From: Diplonema japonicum
Taxonomy: Eukaryota; Protista; Euglenozoa: Diplonemea
Assembly (NCBI GenBank): GCA_964019335.1
Contig: OZ025651.1
Location: 558,001 to 622,000, forward strand
Direction of reading: 5' to 3'
DNA: 64,000 nucleotides
Made by a program: the position numbers and the translations under genes. Position 1 is the first letter of the stretch; every line of letters starts with the position of its first letter. Positions 34,091-44,960 of the stretch are shown in pieces. Below the pieces are notes generated by a model that saw only the letters and a program-made list of their open reading frames with translations, did not search any database and had not been told where the DNA came from.

Positions 34091-34723
34091 TCAAAATATA
34101 AACGGGGGCGGGCTAACGTTGCCCCCACGGCGCGCAGGGGTGGTGTAGACCCCCCCGCTGTAAGAATTCGCGAGGGGAGGAGGTGCGGCCACAACTGGAT
34201 CCCAGACGGGCTGTGTGTCCTCAAGAACCGAAGAAGGGAAGGGTGCATGCGATGTAACAGCGGGAAGACCAGTGCCAGTACGAGCCTGTGGAAGGATATT
34301 ACCGACCATAGCAGCCATGGTATTGAGGTGAGACACTTTCCGTTGGTGAAGAACAGGTGAGGTTACAGACAGTTCCTGAAGAGCAGCCCCACGCCTCGTG
34401 GCGGCCCACGACTGGCTGCGTACAGGGGACCGCACTCTCTCCCTTGCCACTTCCCTTTCCTCGCTTTTCTTTCGTTCCCTTCTCATTTTTTTCTCTAAGT
34501 TATCTAGCTTTCGGATCACTCTTCCTTGAACCACGCTTCTTCCTCGTACTCGTTTCTGGACAACACACGACTCGATTTGCCTCTTGGCTTCCCACACCTG
34601 CCCTTCAACATGCCTGCAAAGTAGCTTCCCCTCTGTAACTAACAGGCTTTCTTCCATCCCTGGGTATCTTCCTGTTCCTCTGTAAAGGTCGTGTAAAGCT
34701 CTGTTCTCAGATACATATCCCAT
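34091..34723 (-). CDS. Hypothetical basic/coiled-coil protein (about 210 aa)
   Basis: Open GC-richer island starting MGYVSENRAL. Confidence 0.7.
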   Translation of the reverse strand: MGYVSENRALHDLYRGTGRYPGMEESLLVTEGKLLCRHVEGQVWEAKRQIESCVVQKRVRGRSVVQGRVIRKLDNLEKKMRRERKKSEEREVARERVRSPVRSQSWAATRRGAALQELSVTSPVLHQRKVSHLNTMAAMVGNILPQARTGTGLPAVTSHAPFPSSVLEDTQPVWDPVVAAPPPLANSYSGGVYTTPARRGGNVSPPPFIF

Positions 34724-35432
34724 TTGGTTTATCCTTTTTGTTTTTTTCCCTTTTTTTTTTTCCTTCAGGACGCAAATCAATAAAAAAAAAAAGTGACACG
34801 AGGGTGGGAGATGGACGGGGAAAAGACGCTTTTCCAAAAGAAAAAAAAAAGAAGGGAGGGGGGAAATAATGTCCGTTTTTTTTTAAACTTTTTGTCATGG
34901 AAACACAAACCAAATAAAACAAAGGGGTTAGTACAAAAAAAAGAAAGAAAATTTACGGATATCCCCCCCCCCCCCCCCCTCCCTCTTCTTTAAAAAAAAA
35001 TTGACACAAAAAGAAAAGAAAAGCTGATTTATTTACCCCTTTCCCCTCTCCCTCTTATTTTTTTTTCTTCATCCTTTTTCTCAGGGGAGTTTTTCTTCTT
35101 CTTTTTTTTTTCCTCCCATCTTCTTAGTTTTTTTTTTGTTCCTTTTTTTTTTTTTTTTTGAGGGTGTGACGGAAAAAAAAAAAAAAAAAAAAAAATGAAC
35201 TATGTTAAGAAAAGGTAAGGTGTCCTACCCGCCCCCCTTTTGCCCTCCCTCCCTTTGCAATCAGAAAATAATTGAAGTAGAACGGCAACAAGAACAAAAC
35301 GAAGGAGGAAAAAAAAAAGGGGGGGAGATGAGAACAACAAAAAAAACGGGTAAAAATAATATAAAAAAAAAAACAATTTTAATGATGAACTTTTTTTTCC
35401 TTCTTTTTTCTTTTTTTTTTTTTTCTTCTTTT

Positions 35433-36356
35433 CTAGCATGAAATAAAACGCAACGCCTCATCACTAGTAGAGACCAATACCGAGCCAACGAGGGTTAGAT
35501 CCATGATAGCATCGGCGGGGTGGTCGGAAGAAAGCGATGAAGGCGAGGGAAAGGGCGCAGAGTCATCATCAGAATTTTCCCAAAAGAGAATCGACCCATC
35601 ATCGTAAGCGGTGTAAGTACGAGTAGCTGTTGGACATATAGCCCGGCACCAATCTGACGATCGGATCGCACCTATAATTTCTCCAGTTACGGCATTACGT
35701 GCTTGAACAAGGGGCTCCCTATGACCCAGACCACAGTACAGGACCCGGCCGCACACCTTTAAAATGTTGATCATCACAACATCATCGCAGTTTTCAATAA
35801 CCTCAATGTTGCACTCCGGGACACAGTCGGCAGCCGACCGGAATTTTGTGAAACCCATCCATTTTCTCAGAAAGCCGTCATCACCGCCTGACCACAGGTC
35901 CTCTTCATGGACCTCAATAGTGTTCAGAGAATCAAGAGACGCGCTGAAAGTAATGATTTCTTCCCCTTTGTCATCATCCATTTGAAACAGAGACAGTTGC
36001 CCGTCGTCATCACATGTTGCAAGGATTGAGTCGGAGTTTGCCAACACTACCTTGTTCACAGCACCTCTCGCCGTTAGTTGGTATTTCGGTTCTCTATTTT
36101 TGAGATTCCATCTTATCACGAGTGCGTCGTCACCCCCTGACACCAGGTCGTCCCCCACTATCGTCAGTGTGTTCACTGTGTCTTCGTGTCCTTTGAGCTC
36201 ACCTTTAAGCTCCCCGTTCACATCCCAAACTTTTATTTTCCCGTCCATCCCACCGCTGTACACCACCGGTTCTCCATTCTCCACCCCACAGCATAACGAC
36301 ATCACCCCGTTTGTCTCGGCATCGAATTCTTTAATCAGCTTACCTTGATTCTCCAT
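35433..36356 (-). CDS. WD40-repeat protein
   Basis: SGGMDGKIKVWD, GHEDTVNTL, SGGDDALVIRWN, SGGDDGFLRKW. Confidence 0.92.
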   Translation of the reverse strand: MENQGKLIKEFDAETNGVMSLCCGVENGEPVVYSGGMDGKIKVWDVNGELKGELKGHEDTVNTLTIVGDDLVSGGDDALVIRWNLKNREPKYQLTARGAVNKVVLANSDSILATCDDDGQLSLFQMDDDKGEEIITFSASLDSLNTIEVHEEDLWSGGDDGFLRKWMGFTKFRSAADCVPECNIEVIENCDDVVMINILKVCGRVLYCGLGHREPLVQARNAVTGEIIGAIRSSDWCRAICPTATRTYTAYDDGSILFWENSDDDSAPFPSPSSLSSDHPADAIMDLTLVGSVLVSTSDEALRFISC

Positions 36357-36814
36357 TTTTTTTTAAATATTTTTTTTTTTTATAAGAAAATAATTTTTCT
36401 CGCCTCCCCTCCCCCTTTTGTTATGTTGTGAATGGGGGGGAGGGACAAAGGAAATAAGAAAGCGGGTGTGCTCTTGCGCGCGTAAACAGAAGGGTGAGGC
36501 TAGTCCACCCTCATTACACAATGCTTGTAAGGGGAAGAGAAAGGTCGGTTCGATTTTAGTGGTGCAATGCAATATGTGGCACAGTGGCACCATCAAGCCT
36601 CCCAAGTCCCCTGTTGTCCCGTCGAAAGTAAAAGTAGGAGAAGTAAAGAAAGTTTTTGAAATGGGAGAGGTCGAGGATGTTGTGAGGCATGCTTTGCTGG
36701 CAAAAGGCAGCGAGAGGAGTTACTTGCCAAACCTGGTGAAACCACCTCCTTGTTCTGTAATGGGACAAGGGACTCTCCGCTGGAAAGAAGAAAAAAAGAA
36801 AAAAGAAAAAAAAA

Positions 36815-36854
36815 GAGACATTTAAGGGTACCTGCGGTATGTGGCAGGACGCCT
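36815..36854 (-). repeat. 40-nt hairpin cassette, copy 2
   Basis: Identical to 21859-21898. Confidence 0.9.
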
Positions 36855-37038
36855 GAGAAAAAAGGAAAACAAAAGGTTTCATAAGTCTCCTATTGACAAG
36901 GTTGGTCGAAGCAGGATTGGTCCAAATAATATAAGTAAACTTTTCTTCAAGTATACTTCTCATTCACGAGGGAGACAGGGAGGAGGGCATAATTAAAAAG
37001 CAACACGACAGTGGCTCACGTGCACGAAGGGCAAGTAA

Positions 37039-37899
37039 CTAAAGCCTAGGAGGCGCAGAACTCCATGTTACCTCCGAGAGGAGAGGCCTATGATCAGAGC
37101 AAGGCCCACCCTCTGGAGTCGAGGGGCTTCCCAAGCTGAACTTGGTACTACTGAGCTGCCCTGCAGGGGTACCATTGGGAAGCTTTGTGACACTCAGAAG
37201 ATAATCAATTTTCTCAGCAGGCCAGATGGCAAGAGGCCCAGTGTAAGTAGCTGCTGTGGTCTTTGAGATGTCAGTAACACCGGTACCAAGTAGTGCCAGC
37301 ATTTCCGAGTAGAGCTTTGAACCTGTTGGGATATTAAAATCCCCCGCGATGAATACAGCAGCAGCGGTTCCCTTCTCCTCTTGTAGTGCTGAGGAGAAGC
37401 CGTTCAGGAATTCAGAGAGCTGTCGTACTTGCTTTATTTGAGCGTTGTTCTCATTGGTAGGGTCAAGGTGGGTGGTGATGAAGATGAAGGGTGCATTTGT
37501 GCTTTTTACAACGCCAGTCATGCAGCATGCTCCCTTGCCGCTTTTCGTGTTGCTGAACTTGAATTGAATTTTTTTGAAGCTGAGAACATCCACGGTGTCT
37601 TTCTTGACTCCTACCCACAGCCCCCCCTTGCCTCCTAGGTATTGCGCAATGGTGTCCATCCCGTCCCAGCCCCATGACCCGCCGCTCACCACGTGGTACT
37701 CCCCACCCAGTTCTCGTTCCACGTCCTTTTGTCCCTGGCCCCACATCTCTTGGCAGACTGCAATATCTGGTGCCTGGGATTTCAAATATTTCCCTGCAGC
37801 CTTGCCCCTCTTGTTCTGGTCTTTGCACGTGTGGTTGTCCTTTCCCACAATGATTGCAGGTATAAGGTACAGGTTCCAGCTTACTATTTTCAACGACAT
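37039..37899 (-). CDS. Endonuclease/exonuclease/phosphatase family protein (sphingomyelinase-like)
   Basis: SWN, CQE, TTHL, AGDFN, IDY and SDH motifs. Confidence 0.9.
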   Translation of the reverse strand: MSLKIVSWNLYLIPAIIVGKDNHTCKDQNKRGKAAGKYLKSQAPDIAVCQEMWGQGQKDVERELGGEYHVVSGGSWGWDGMDTIAQYLGGKGGLWVGVKKDTVDVLSFKKIQFKFSNTKSGKGACCMTGVVKSTNAPFIFITTHLDPTNENNAQIKQVRQLSEFLNGFSSALQEEKGTAAAVFIAGDFNIPTGSKLYSEMLALLGTGVTDISKTTAATYTGPLAIWPAEKIDYLLSVTKLPNGTPAGQLSSTKFSLGSPSTPEGGPCSDHRPLLSEVTWSSAPPRL

Positions 37900-38484
37900 T
37901 TTTATCTTTCTTTTTTTTTATTCCTGAGTGGTGTAGAGGGGTGTTAAGAAGGGGGGGATAATAATAATAAACTAAAAGCATGTCCAGAAAGAGGGGGGGG
38001 GTAAAAAATAAATAAATAAAAGGAGAGGGATTTTCTTTTTTGGATCAAATAATATTTCTTTTTTACTTGGTTGCTGGGCTTTTTTTTTAATACCTTCCCT
38101 TTCTACTGTTTTTTTTTCTTTTTTTTGCAAGCCTGGGTCTGTCAAGAGCCTCGGCAACTGCTTCCCCCCCCCCCCCCCCCCCTTTTTTTGGCGGTAAAAT
38201 ACACAACACTCCCAACTCATGTTTTCCTCTTATCTCTATCATTCCATTTTTTTTTATGCCTTGTTCCGAGGGGGGACACAGAGCCCCAGAAAACGCTCAG
38301 AAATAAAAGCTGTCGATATCTCTTTTTTAAAAAAAAAGAAAGCAAGATTTTGGTTTCCTTTATTTTTCCCCCCCGGGATAGCAGAGGGGGGGGGGGGGGG
38401 GGGGGGGGGAATGGAGAGAATCAACACACAAAAGCAGGACAGTAACAGTAACGGAAACCAGCAAAAAGAGAAGAAGAAAAAACC

Positions 38485-39738
38485 TCATCCTTCCCCAGGA
38501 TTTCTCGGCATCGGGCTAGACAAAATGGCATCAAGCGCAAGCTGTGCATCACCATGATTGTCGGTGAGGGCTTGGTAAAGAGTGTCCTCGCTGTGGTAAG
38601 GCAGGATGGCGGACAGTTCTGAAACCTTTATAGAATAATTGGCGCGGGGGTCCTTCCGAGAGGGAGGGGGGGGAGGCGAAGGCGACCGTCGCCCTTCGTC
38701 CTCTTCCTTCTGAAGATACGAAACATGGCATGTGGACTCAAAAGGACCCAAGGTAACCTGGTCAAATGTCCCAACCTCTCTAAATACCTGTCTTGGGTAG
38801 TGCAGCTTGACAACATCCCATTTCCCCTCCACGGCCCCAATAATCACCATGCCCCGCACTGGAGGCTCACCAAATACTTGCTTTGTGTGTCCTGTTTCAG
38901 CTGGTTCCTTGACACCAGCCACAATGCTGTACTTGACATTGTCCCCTATGCGGTAGACAACGCCTTCGTATTCGCCTACTATTTCAGGCTGTGCTTTTTG
39001 CCAGAATCTTTTTTTATTCTTTCGTTTTCTTTCTTTCAGTTTCGACTCTGCGCGGGGTACAGCTTCGGGGACCTCCTCCCTGTTCAAAAAATAATTAACC
39101 AACCGGTCTGGGACCAATGTGTCGCCCCATCTCGCAGCACGGTTCACCCAGGCGGGCGGACGCTTCAGGTTCAACGATTGACAGAAGAAGTCGGAGAAAT
39201 GATTGCAATTCCTCTTCATCACATGGTACGTGTTGATGGTCCATTCGGTTTGTATAGGTTTTATCACGGAAAGGTACAGATCCATCTGAGACAGGCGGGT
39301 CTCGCCTAACACGATTTGTTTCATAAAATGCGGGGTAGCCGTTTTAGGTTGTATCCAAAACACCCCTGTCATTGCCTGGTGCTCCGGGTCGCTGCTTCCC
39401 CCGAAACCCCACTCTTTTCCGTACAGTTCGATCCCTGTGTGGTACAGTCCTATCCCGACCTTATCCAAGCTTTTTTCCGATGCCAGGTTGTAGATGTTGA
39501 GGTATGCGACTGCAGGGCCCTCGCCGGGGTATTCTTCTTTTATGCTTTCGGATTTCATGAGTAAACCTTCTGCAGCGCCTGCTGCCGTTCCGTGTCTTAC
39601 TAGGAATTCTTTCAATTCGTCCTCGGCCTCGTTTGGGAACATTTCGCCTAGCATTGTTAGCTCGCTTTCATCAACCTCAGAGGATATGGAAGCAAGGCTG
39701 CCTGAGCGGTCGCGGTATACATCAAGGTGGGTCGTCAT
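38485..39738 (-). CDS. PPPDE/DeSI-family isopeptidase with N- and C-terminal CUE-like domains
   Basis: YLNIYNL, GLYHTGIE (catalytic His), NCNHFS (catalytic Cys); LGEMFPN and LSAILPY...QLALDAIL resemble CUE motifs. Confidence 0.9.
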   Translation of the reverse strand: MTTHLDVYRDRSGSLASISSEVDESELTMLGEMFPNEAEDELKEFLVRHGTAAGAAEGLLMKSESIKEEYPGEGPAVAYLNIYNLASEKSLDKVGIGLYHTGIELYGKEWGFGGSSDPEHQAMTGVFWIQPKTATPHFMKQIVLGETRLSQMDLYLSVIKPIQTEWTINTYHVMKRNCNHFSDFFCQSLNLKRPPAWVNRAARWGDTLVPDRLVNYFLNREEVPEAVPRAESKLKERKRKNKKRFWQKAQPEIVGEYEGVVYRIGDNVKYSIVAGVKEPAETGHTKQVFGEPPVRGMVIIGAVEGKWDVVKLHYPRQVFREVGTFDQVTLGPFESTCHVSYLQKEEDEGRRSPSPPPPPSRKDPRANYSIKVSELSAILPYHSEDTLYQALTDNHGDAQLALDAILSSPMPRNPGEG

Positions 39739-39800
39739 CTCCCTTCCCTTCCCTCCCCCGCCGCCCCCCTTTGAGATTATTAGGTACGATGCACAACGGG

Positions 39801-39833
<33 letters not shown>

Positions 39834-42054
39834 TGGGAGTGAATTTCCTTGTCCCCACAAACATCAGGAGAGTAAGAAAGAAAAGGAGGAGGAGGACAGG
39901 GGCCCTCCAATCTCTGTATGATTTGGTATTTGAATCACACATTAAACTTCTCTTTCCGTTCTTTTTTTTTTAATTTACTGTACCTGTTTTTTTTTTTTTT
40001 TTTTTTTTCATTTATTTATTTTTTTTAATATTTTTGTTCCCGTGGGATATAAAAAAAAGAAAGAAAAAAATAATTGTTTTAAAAAAAAGAAGGGGGAAAG
40101 GAAACCAAAAAAAAAGGGGGGGAGCATTGATCGTTCATAAAACAAAAGCCATGCACCCACCTGACAAAAGGAAAGGAGAGGGACTAAAGGAGAGGAGGGG
40201 AGGAATAAGACACCATCAACTACCATGAGTAGCCAGTGGAGGGGGGGGGGGGGGGGGGGGTGAATAGGCACGGTTCAAAAGTTTTTTTTTTTGCTCCCCC
40301 TATTGAAAGTACGGACCCCAGACCTGTTGCACACTCGATAAGGCCCAGCTGTTTTAAAAGAGGAGAGCTGAGAAGAAAAATGTAAATATAAAACCCATCA
40401 TCCAGCTAAAAGGATAAATTGGTTAAATATGGCGTATCATAACAAAATAAAAAAAAAATTTTAAATAAGAGAAAAGACACACCCTGCCGTCCTAGTCTTC
40501 CACTGGTCTTCCACTGGCCTTACGCAAGTCAAGGGATAGGTATGGACCAAATAGAACCTTACTATTGGCAGAGGCCTTCATTATTCTTTCGATTTAAAAA
40601 GAATAAATGAGGCACGAGCGCAAGATCCCGTTGCTGCCAGGATGGAAAAAAACTAGCTTTTTTCTTTCCTACAAGGGTGTCAATTATCATGGGGGGAGCA
40701 AAAAAAAAAAGCAAAAAAAAAGAGTTTCTTTTTCTCCCCCCCCCCCTCTCCTTCTTCTCCCTTAAAGAAAGAAAAGAACGACAAAGAATAATTCTTTTTT
40801 TTGTTTTTTTTTCTTTCCCTTCTCAGTATTGAGCCTTATCAAAGTGGAGACAGAATAACGGTAACAAGAATCATTCCCTTCTCTTTTTTTTTTCAAACAA
40901 AAACTGTCTGGGAAAAAAAAAGAGGGGTGGGGGGTGGAGGGGCACAAAAAAAAGAGAAAAAAAATACAACAATCAAAACACTAAAAACATCAGAAATCAA
41001 TTTTCTCTCTCTTCTTCTTTTTTTATTCACAATGCATGAGTGCTCCCCAATATAGAACCTTTTTTTTGTTCCATTTGAAAAAAAATTCACTATGATAGGA
41101 ACGAAGCGGTTAGCAGCGGCCGGCCAAAAAAAAAAAACTGAAAAAAAAAACACTTCATCATTTGTACTTTTGTTTCTTTTTTTGACCTTAGAGATCGTGT
41201 CAAAAAAAATGGAGGGGGAAAAAAAAACTACGGGCATAAAGAGGGGAATAAAAAAAATCGCTATGCTAGCAATGACCCACAACAACAACAAGAAGAAAAA
41301 AAGTGTCCGTAACAAACCAAAACAAAGAAAAAATTCAAGAAATTGTGTAGGCAAGGATGCCCGGGGGGGGGGGGGGGGGGGGGGCATTAGAAGGCCCTTC
41401 TCTGCTCCTCCTACCTTGCCCCAGAATCGGAGGGGCACCCCAGAATTCAAAAAACTAGTTTGGCGCTTCATTTCTTTATGCGCACGAGCGGAATTTTACC
41501 TAATAAAATAGCTCATTACGCTGCCATCAACTAGTTTAGTCTCGACAATAATATTGTTTTTTTTAAAAAAAAAAAGAAAGGTGGTTAACCAGCAAGCATC
41601 CCCTAAGCCTGAACTAAGTCATGAAATCGACACAAACTTAGTGCATTTCTTCTCCCTCTCAAAAAACGAATCAGGAGTACGAGAGGGGGAGGGGGGGGTA
41701 AAGAAGGAAAACAGCAAACACCAAACCATAGGATGGGAGAAGGGAGAAAGAAAAAAAAAAGGACTCTCCTCTCCTACCCTCCCTTTTTCTTTTTATTTTT
41801 TCCCCTACATATGTAGCGTTGGTCAAAAAAAAAAAACTTGGAGAATGGAAACACAGGCGGTGAAAAAAACGGGGCTATTCTTTTTTTTTTAAAGGAGAGA
41901 GAGAAATAACATCTACCGCATGACTATAAAATAAAAAAGAAAAGAAAAAAAATAATAATAATAAATAAAAGGAACGGGGGCGGGGGACTTTTCTTTTTCT
42001 TTTCTTTCAAAAAAAAAACCTTACCTTAAGCCATGAAATCATGCAACTAACCAA

Positions 42055-42086
<32 letters not shown>

Positions 42087-42199
42087 AGAAAAAGAAAGAA
42101 ACAAAACTGTTGTGATGATTATGGCAAGGATATTCGGACGGGTGTATTTTTTTTTCTTCCTTTTTTTTCATCTTCATCCATATTCTTCTTATTCTTCAT

Positions 42200-44470
42200 T
42201 CAAGGCAGACACACAGCAACAAGCCCTTCACTATTACTAGGAGCCATCTGGTAACTAGGAGGGGTCGTAGGTTGCATAAGCATCATCGGGACGCTAAGCG
42301 AGTTCTGAATATTGCTCGGTGGTGGCGGTGTGCTGGGTGCCGTTGGTTTAGGAGGCTTTTCCTCCACTTCGACTGGCGCTGTGAGCTGCTCCAGAACAGC
42401 TTTAACCTTCCTCTTAATACGGGTGGAGCTGATGTTTCCTAAAGCTTCACGAAGCACTTCGCAGTACTTTTCGATAAAACCAACACTCTTCGCCTTCATC
42501 TTAACCCCCACTGTGGTCAGGATCCTGCACGCTGTCGCTATGTTGTCTTCATCTAGCACAGCACCCAGCACCTCGCCTTCCGCTGCATTCAGGGACACTG
42601 TTTTCCCAAATAGCATTGTCTGCACGCAGACATGGACCAGTGCCTCCGGCATGATCCCTTGTGAGTACAAGTCTGCCGAAAACTTGATCGCTGAGTTTCT
42701 TCTAAACCTCTCCCTCAGTTCGTGCTCTTCCAGTGCGTCCACCTGCTCTTGGGGCATGTCGTAGGTGATGTTCACGGTCTCAATGCTTGTCGTTACGGTC
42801 AGCCTGCACTTCTGCAGCAGGTGGTGTGTGAACTCATGGTACGCGAGGGACATTTCAGGGTCTGCCGACTCCACCAGCATCTTGCACACCTGTGCGTAGT
42901 CCATGGTGTTCTCCCCGTTGAAGATCCCCCTGAAGATCTCGTCCACCAACGCCACGGGCCCTTCCTGCTCCGACAGCACGCTCTGCAGCGCCTTCAGCGA
43001 GTGCTTCTCAGGTGTGTCCTTCCCTGCGATTACCTTTTCAATGTCCTGCCTCAGTGCTGTGTTGTTCCTCTCCACTTGGAAGGAGTGCGTGGGGTGCTGC
43101 GGGTTCGCCAGCGTGGAGTGCGGTGTCATGGGCTCGGATGCCTCGGAGGGGGCGAAGAAAGGTGCAGGTTTGTGGCTGTCCTGCATGTAAGGGAAGTTGT
43201 AGATGTATGGTATGGGCTGCATCCCGATCCCCATGAAGTCCCGCAGGCCGATCGTGTTCCCATACGGGTTGTGGTGCAGCTCAACGGCTTTGCAGTCGTC
43301 CGGCTGATCGAGCGTGCCGTACGGCTGTGGCGGAGGTGGCGGGGGGGGCTGGTGCTCATGGTTCTCATGACGGCGCTCATGGTGATGTTCGTGGTGGTGC
43401 TCATGGTGATGCTCATGGTGGTGCTCGTGGTGATGCTCATGGTGGGGTGACTGCTGCTGCTGGCGGTTCTTGACCCCTCCACGTGACCTTCGCGGCTTTG
43501 GTGCACCTTCGATCTTGGTGTCGTCGTCAAAAGTAACTAAACCCACCGACACGTACTCGACACCTTCGCGCTGGCAGCGCTCCTTCAACCGCTGCACCTG
43601 ATCAATGTGTCGCTGGCCGTTGGTGTGGATGTGTGCTTGTCTGAAGGAGTTCAGCACCATCGAGCAGTCCTTGCAGTAGTACCTCACCGAGCGCTGTGCC
43701 TGCTTCTCTTCGTTGTCATCGTCGGACTCTGCGAGGATGTTCTCGTGGTCGCCCCTGTCGCCCTTCCCGTTCCCCATCATTTGGTGATTCTTCCCTTTGC
43801 CCCTGCGGCGACGTTCCCTCCTTGGTGTGATCCGTGGCTCGATGCCCAGGACGTCTTCTGCGAGGAGGGCGGCTGTGGAGAGGGTCAGCGGTTCGGAGCA
43901 AGTACCGCAGATCTTGTTATGGTTTTCTTCCATCTTGAGGAGGCAGTTCCAGCAAACTGCGTGGGGGCATGAAGACAGCGAGCATGGTGCGTCCAAGGGG
44001 GCGTGGCAGGTGGCGCAGGGCTCCGGGGTTGTGGGCACGACAGGGTTGAAGACATCGGACAGCACAAGCGCGTTGTAAAATGCAGTTGCGTGAAGGTGCG
44101 AGAGCATCTCCGCCCTGCAGCTGTGCTCCATGCCGTGCCACTTGTCGTGTTTCAGTATTATCTTCAGAACAGCAAAAACATTGATGACAACGAACCTGCG
44201 CAGGCCCACCACTGCCAGGCCGTCCTCCTTGTTCCGCAACACCTCCTTCTCCTCTCTCTTGAAGAATGTGTTGACGTACCGTATCTCTCGCTTCAACTTC
44301 TCTCTAAACAAAACGCTTTCCGCTAAACACTGTTTTAGTTCCTTGTAGTTCAGGTACACTCTCCCATCATTGCGCACTCTGTTCAACAGCTTCCCAAACT
44401 TCATGCTCTCGCTTAACACGTTGATGCCCTGCGGCCTCCATCCTCCGTTGCTTTCGGGGTCCATATGCAT
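42200..44470 (-). CDS. SPX - RING - C2H2 (matrin/U1-type) - His-rich - MIF4G fusion protein
   Basis: SPX: MKFGKLL...YLNYKELK and LRRFVVINVFAVLKIILKHDK. RING: CATC...CPHAVCWNC...CGTC. Zinc finger: YYCKDC...NS...HTNGQRH. MIF4G-like: RRNSAIKFSADLY, DEDNIATACRILTTVG, SSTRIKRKVKAVLE. Start is ATG 44470 or the MKFG ATG at 44404. Confidence 0.85.
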   Translation of the reverse strand: MHMDPESNGGWRPQGINVLSESMKFGKLLNRVRNDGRVYLNYKELKQCLAESVLFREKLKREIRYVNTFFKREEKEVLRNKEDGLAVVGLRRFVVINVFAVLKIILKHDKWHGMEHSCRAEMLSHLHATAFYNALVLSDVFNPVVPTTPEPCATCHAPLDAPCSLSSCPHAVCWNCLLKMEENHNKICGTCSEPLTLSTAALLAEDVLGIEPRITPRRERRRRGKGKNHQMMGNGKGDRGDHENILAESDDDNEEKQAQRSVRYYCKDCSMVLNSFRQAHIHTNGQRHIDQVQRLKERCQREGVEYVSVGLVTFDDDTKIEGAPKPRRSRGGVKNRQQQQSPHHEHHHEHHHEHHHEHHHEHHHERRHENHEHQPPPPPPPQPYGTLDQPDDCKAVELHHNPYGNTIGLRDFMGIGMQPIPYIYNFPYMQDSHKPAPFFAPSEASEPMTPHSTLANPQHPTHSFQVERNNTALRQDIEKVIAGKDTPEKHSLKALQSVLSEQEGPVALVDEIFRGIFNGENTMDYAQVCKMLVESADPEMSLAYHEFTHHLLQKCRLTVTTSIETVNITYDMPQEQVDALEEHELRERFRRNSAIKFSADLYSQGIMPEALVHVCVQTMLFGKTVSLNAAEGEVLGAVLDEDNIATACRILTTVGVKMKAKSVGFIEKYCEVLREALGNISSTRIKRKVKAVLEQLTAPVEVEEKPPKPTAPSTPPPPSNIQNSLSVPMMLMQPTTPPSYQMAPSNSEGLVAVCLP
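43365..43445 (-). repeat. Coding 12-bp tandem repeat encoding (HHEH)n
   Basis: PHHEHHHEHHHEHHHEHHHEHHHE. Confidence 0.9.
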
Positions 44471-44960
44471 CGTGCCCCTTGCCCTTGATCTGCAGTGCGG
44501 CCTTGTAAACAAACGAAACAAGAGAAAGAAAAGAATAATTTACTAGCAAAACAGAACAATAGACTCAACTAAAAAAGAAAAAAAGGTTAAAGGCCACATG
44601 CTTGATCGACAGGTGTGCATACGATTTAGCGAAACGGCAAAAGCAAGGGTGCGGACACCCAGCCCAGCAATAAAAGAGGGGGGGGGGGGGGTGAATACGC
44701 AAATAAAACTAACGCACACAGACAAGACCAGCTTATCAATAGAGGGGAATAGTTTACTTTATTACCCCCTTAATTTTTCAGTTACCAATGGTCCTCGTTT
44801 TCTACCGTGCTCACGTCCAGCTAAGGTGCGACACTCGACAAACCGAGAGTGGGAGGTGATGGTGGGATGGTGGGTGGTGAGGGGACGAAGAGAAAAAGAT
44901 CTACAAAAAAAAAAAAAAAAAAAAAAAAAAAACAAAGGCTTCTCTACGAAGGCTCGTCCC

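Noticed and set aside
36600-36780. Resemblance to RNase MRP P4 elements (GAGAGTCCC / ACAGGGGACT)
   Set aside because: It forms a simple closing helix without the bulged U or P1-P3 context
41085-41101. 15/16 match to the LSU rRNA peptidyl-transferase-region word TTCCTATCATTGTGAA
   Set aside because: Expected by chance at this search size; no adjacent D box, and a guide would be antisense to the gene cluster
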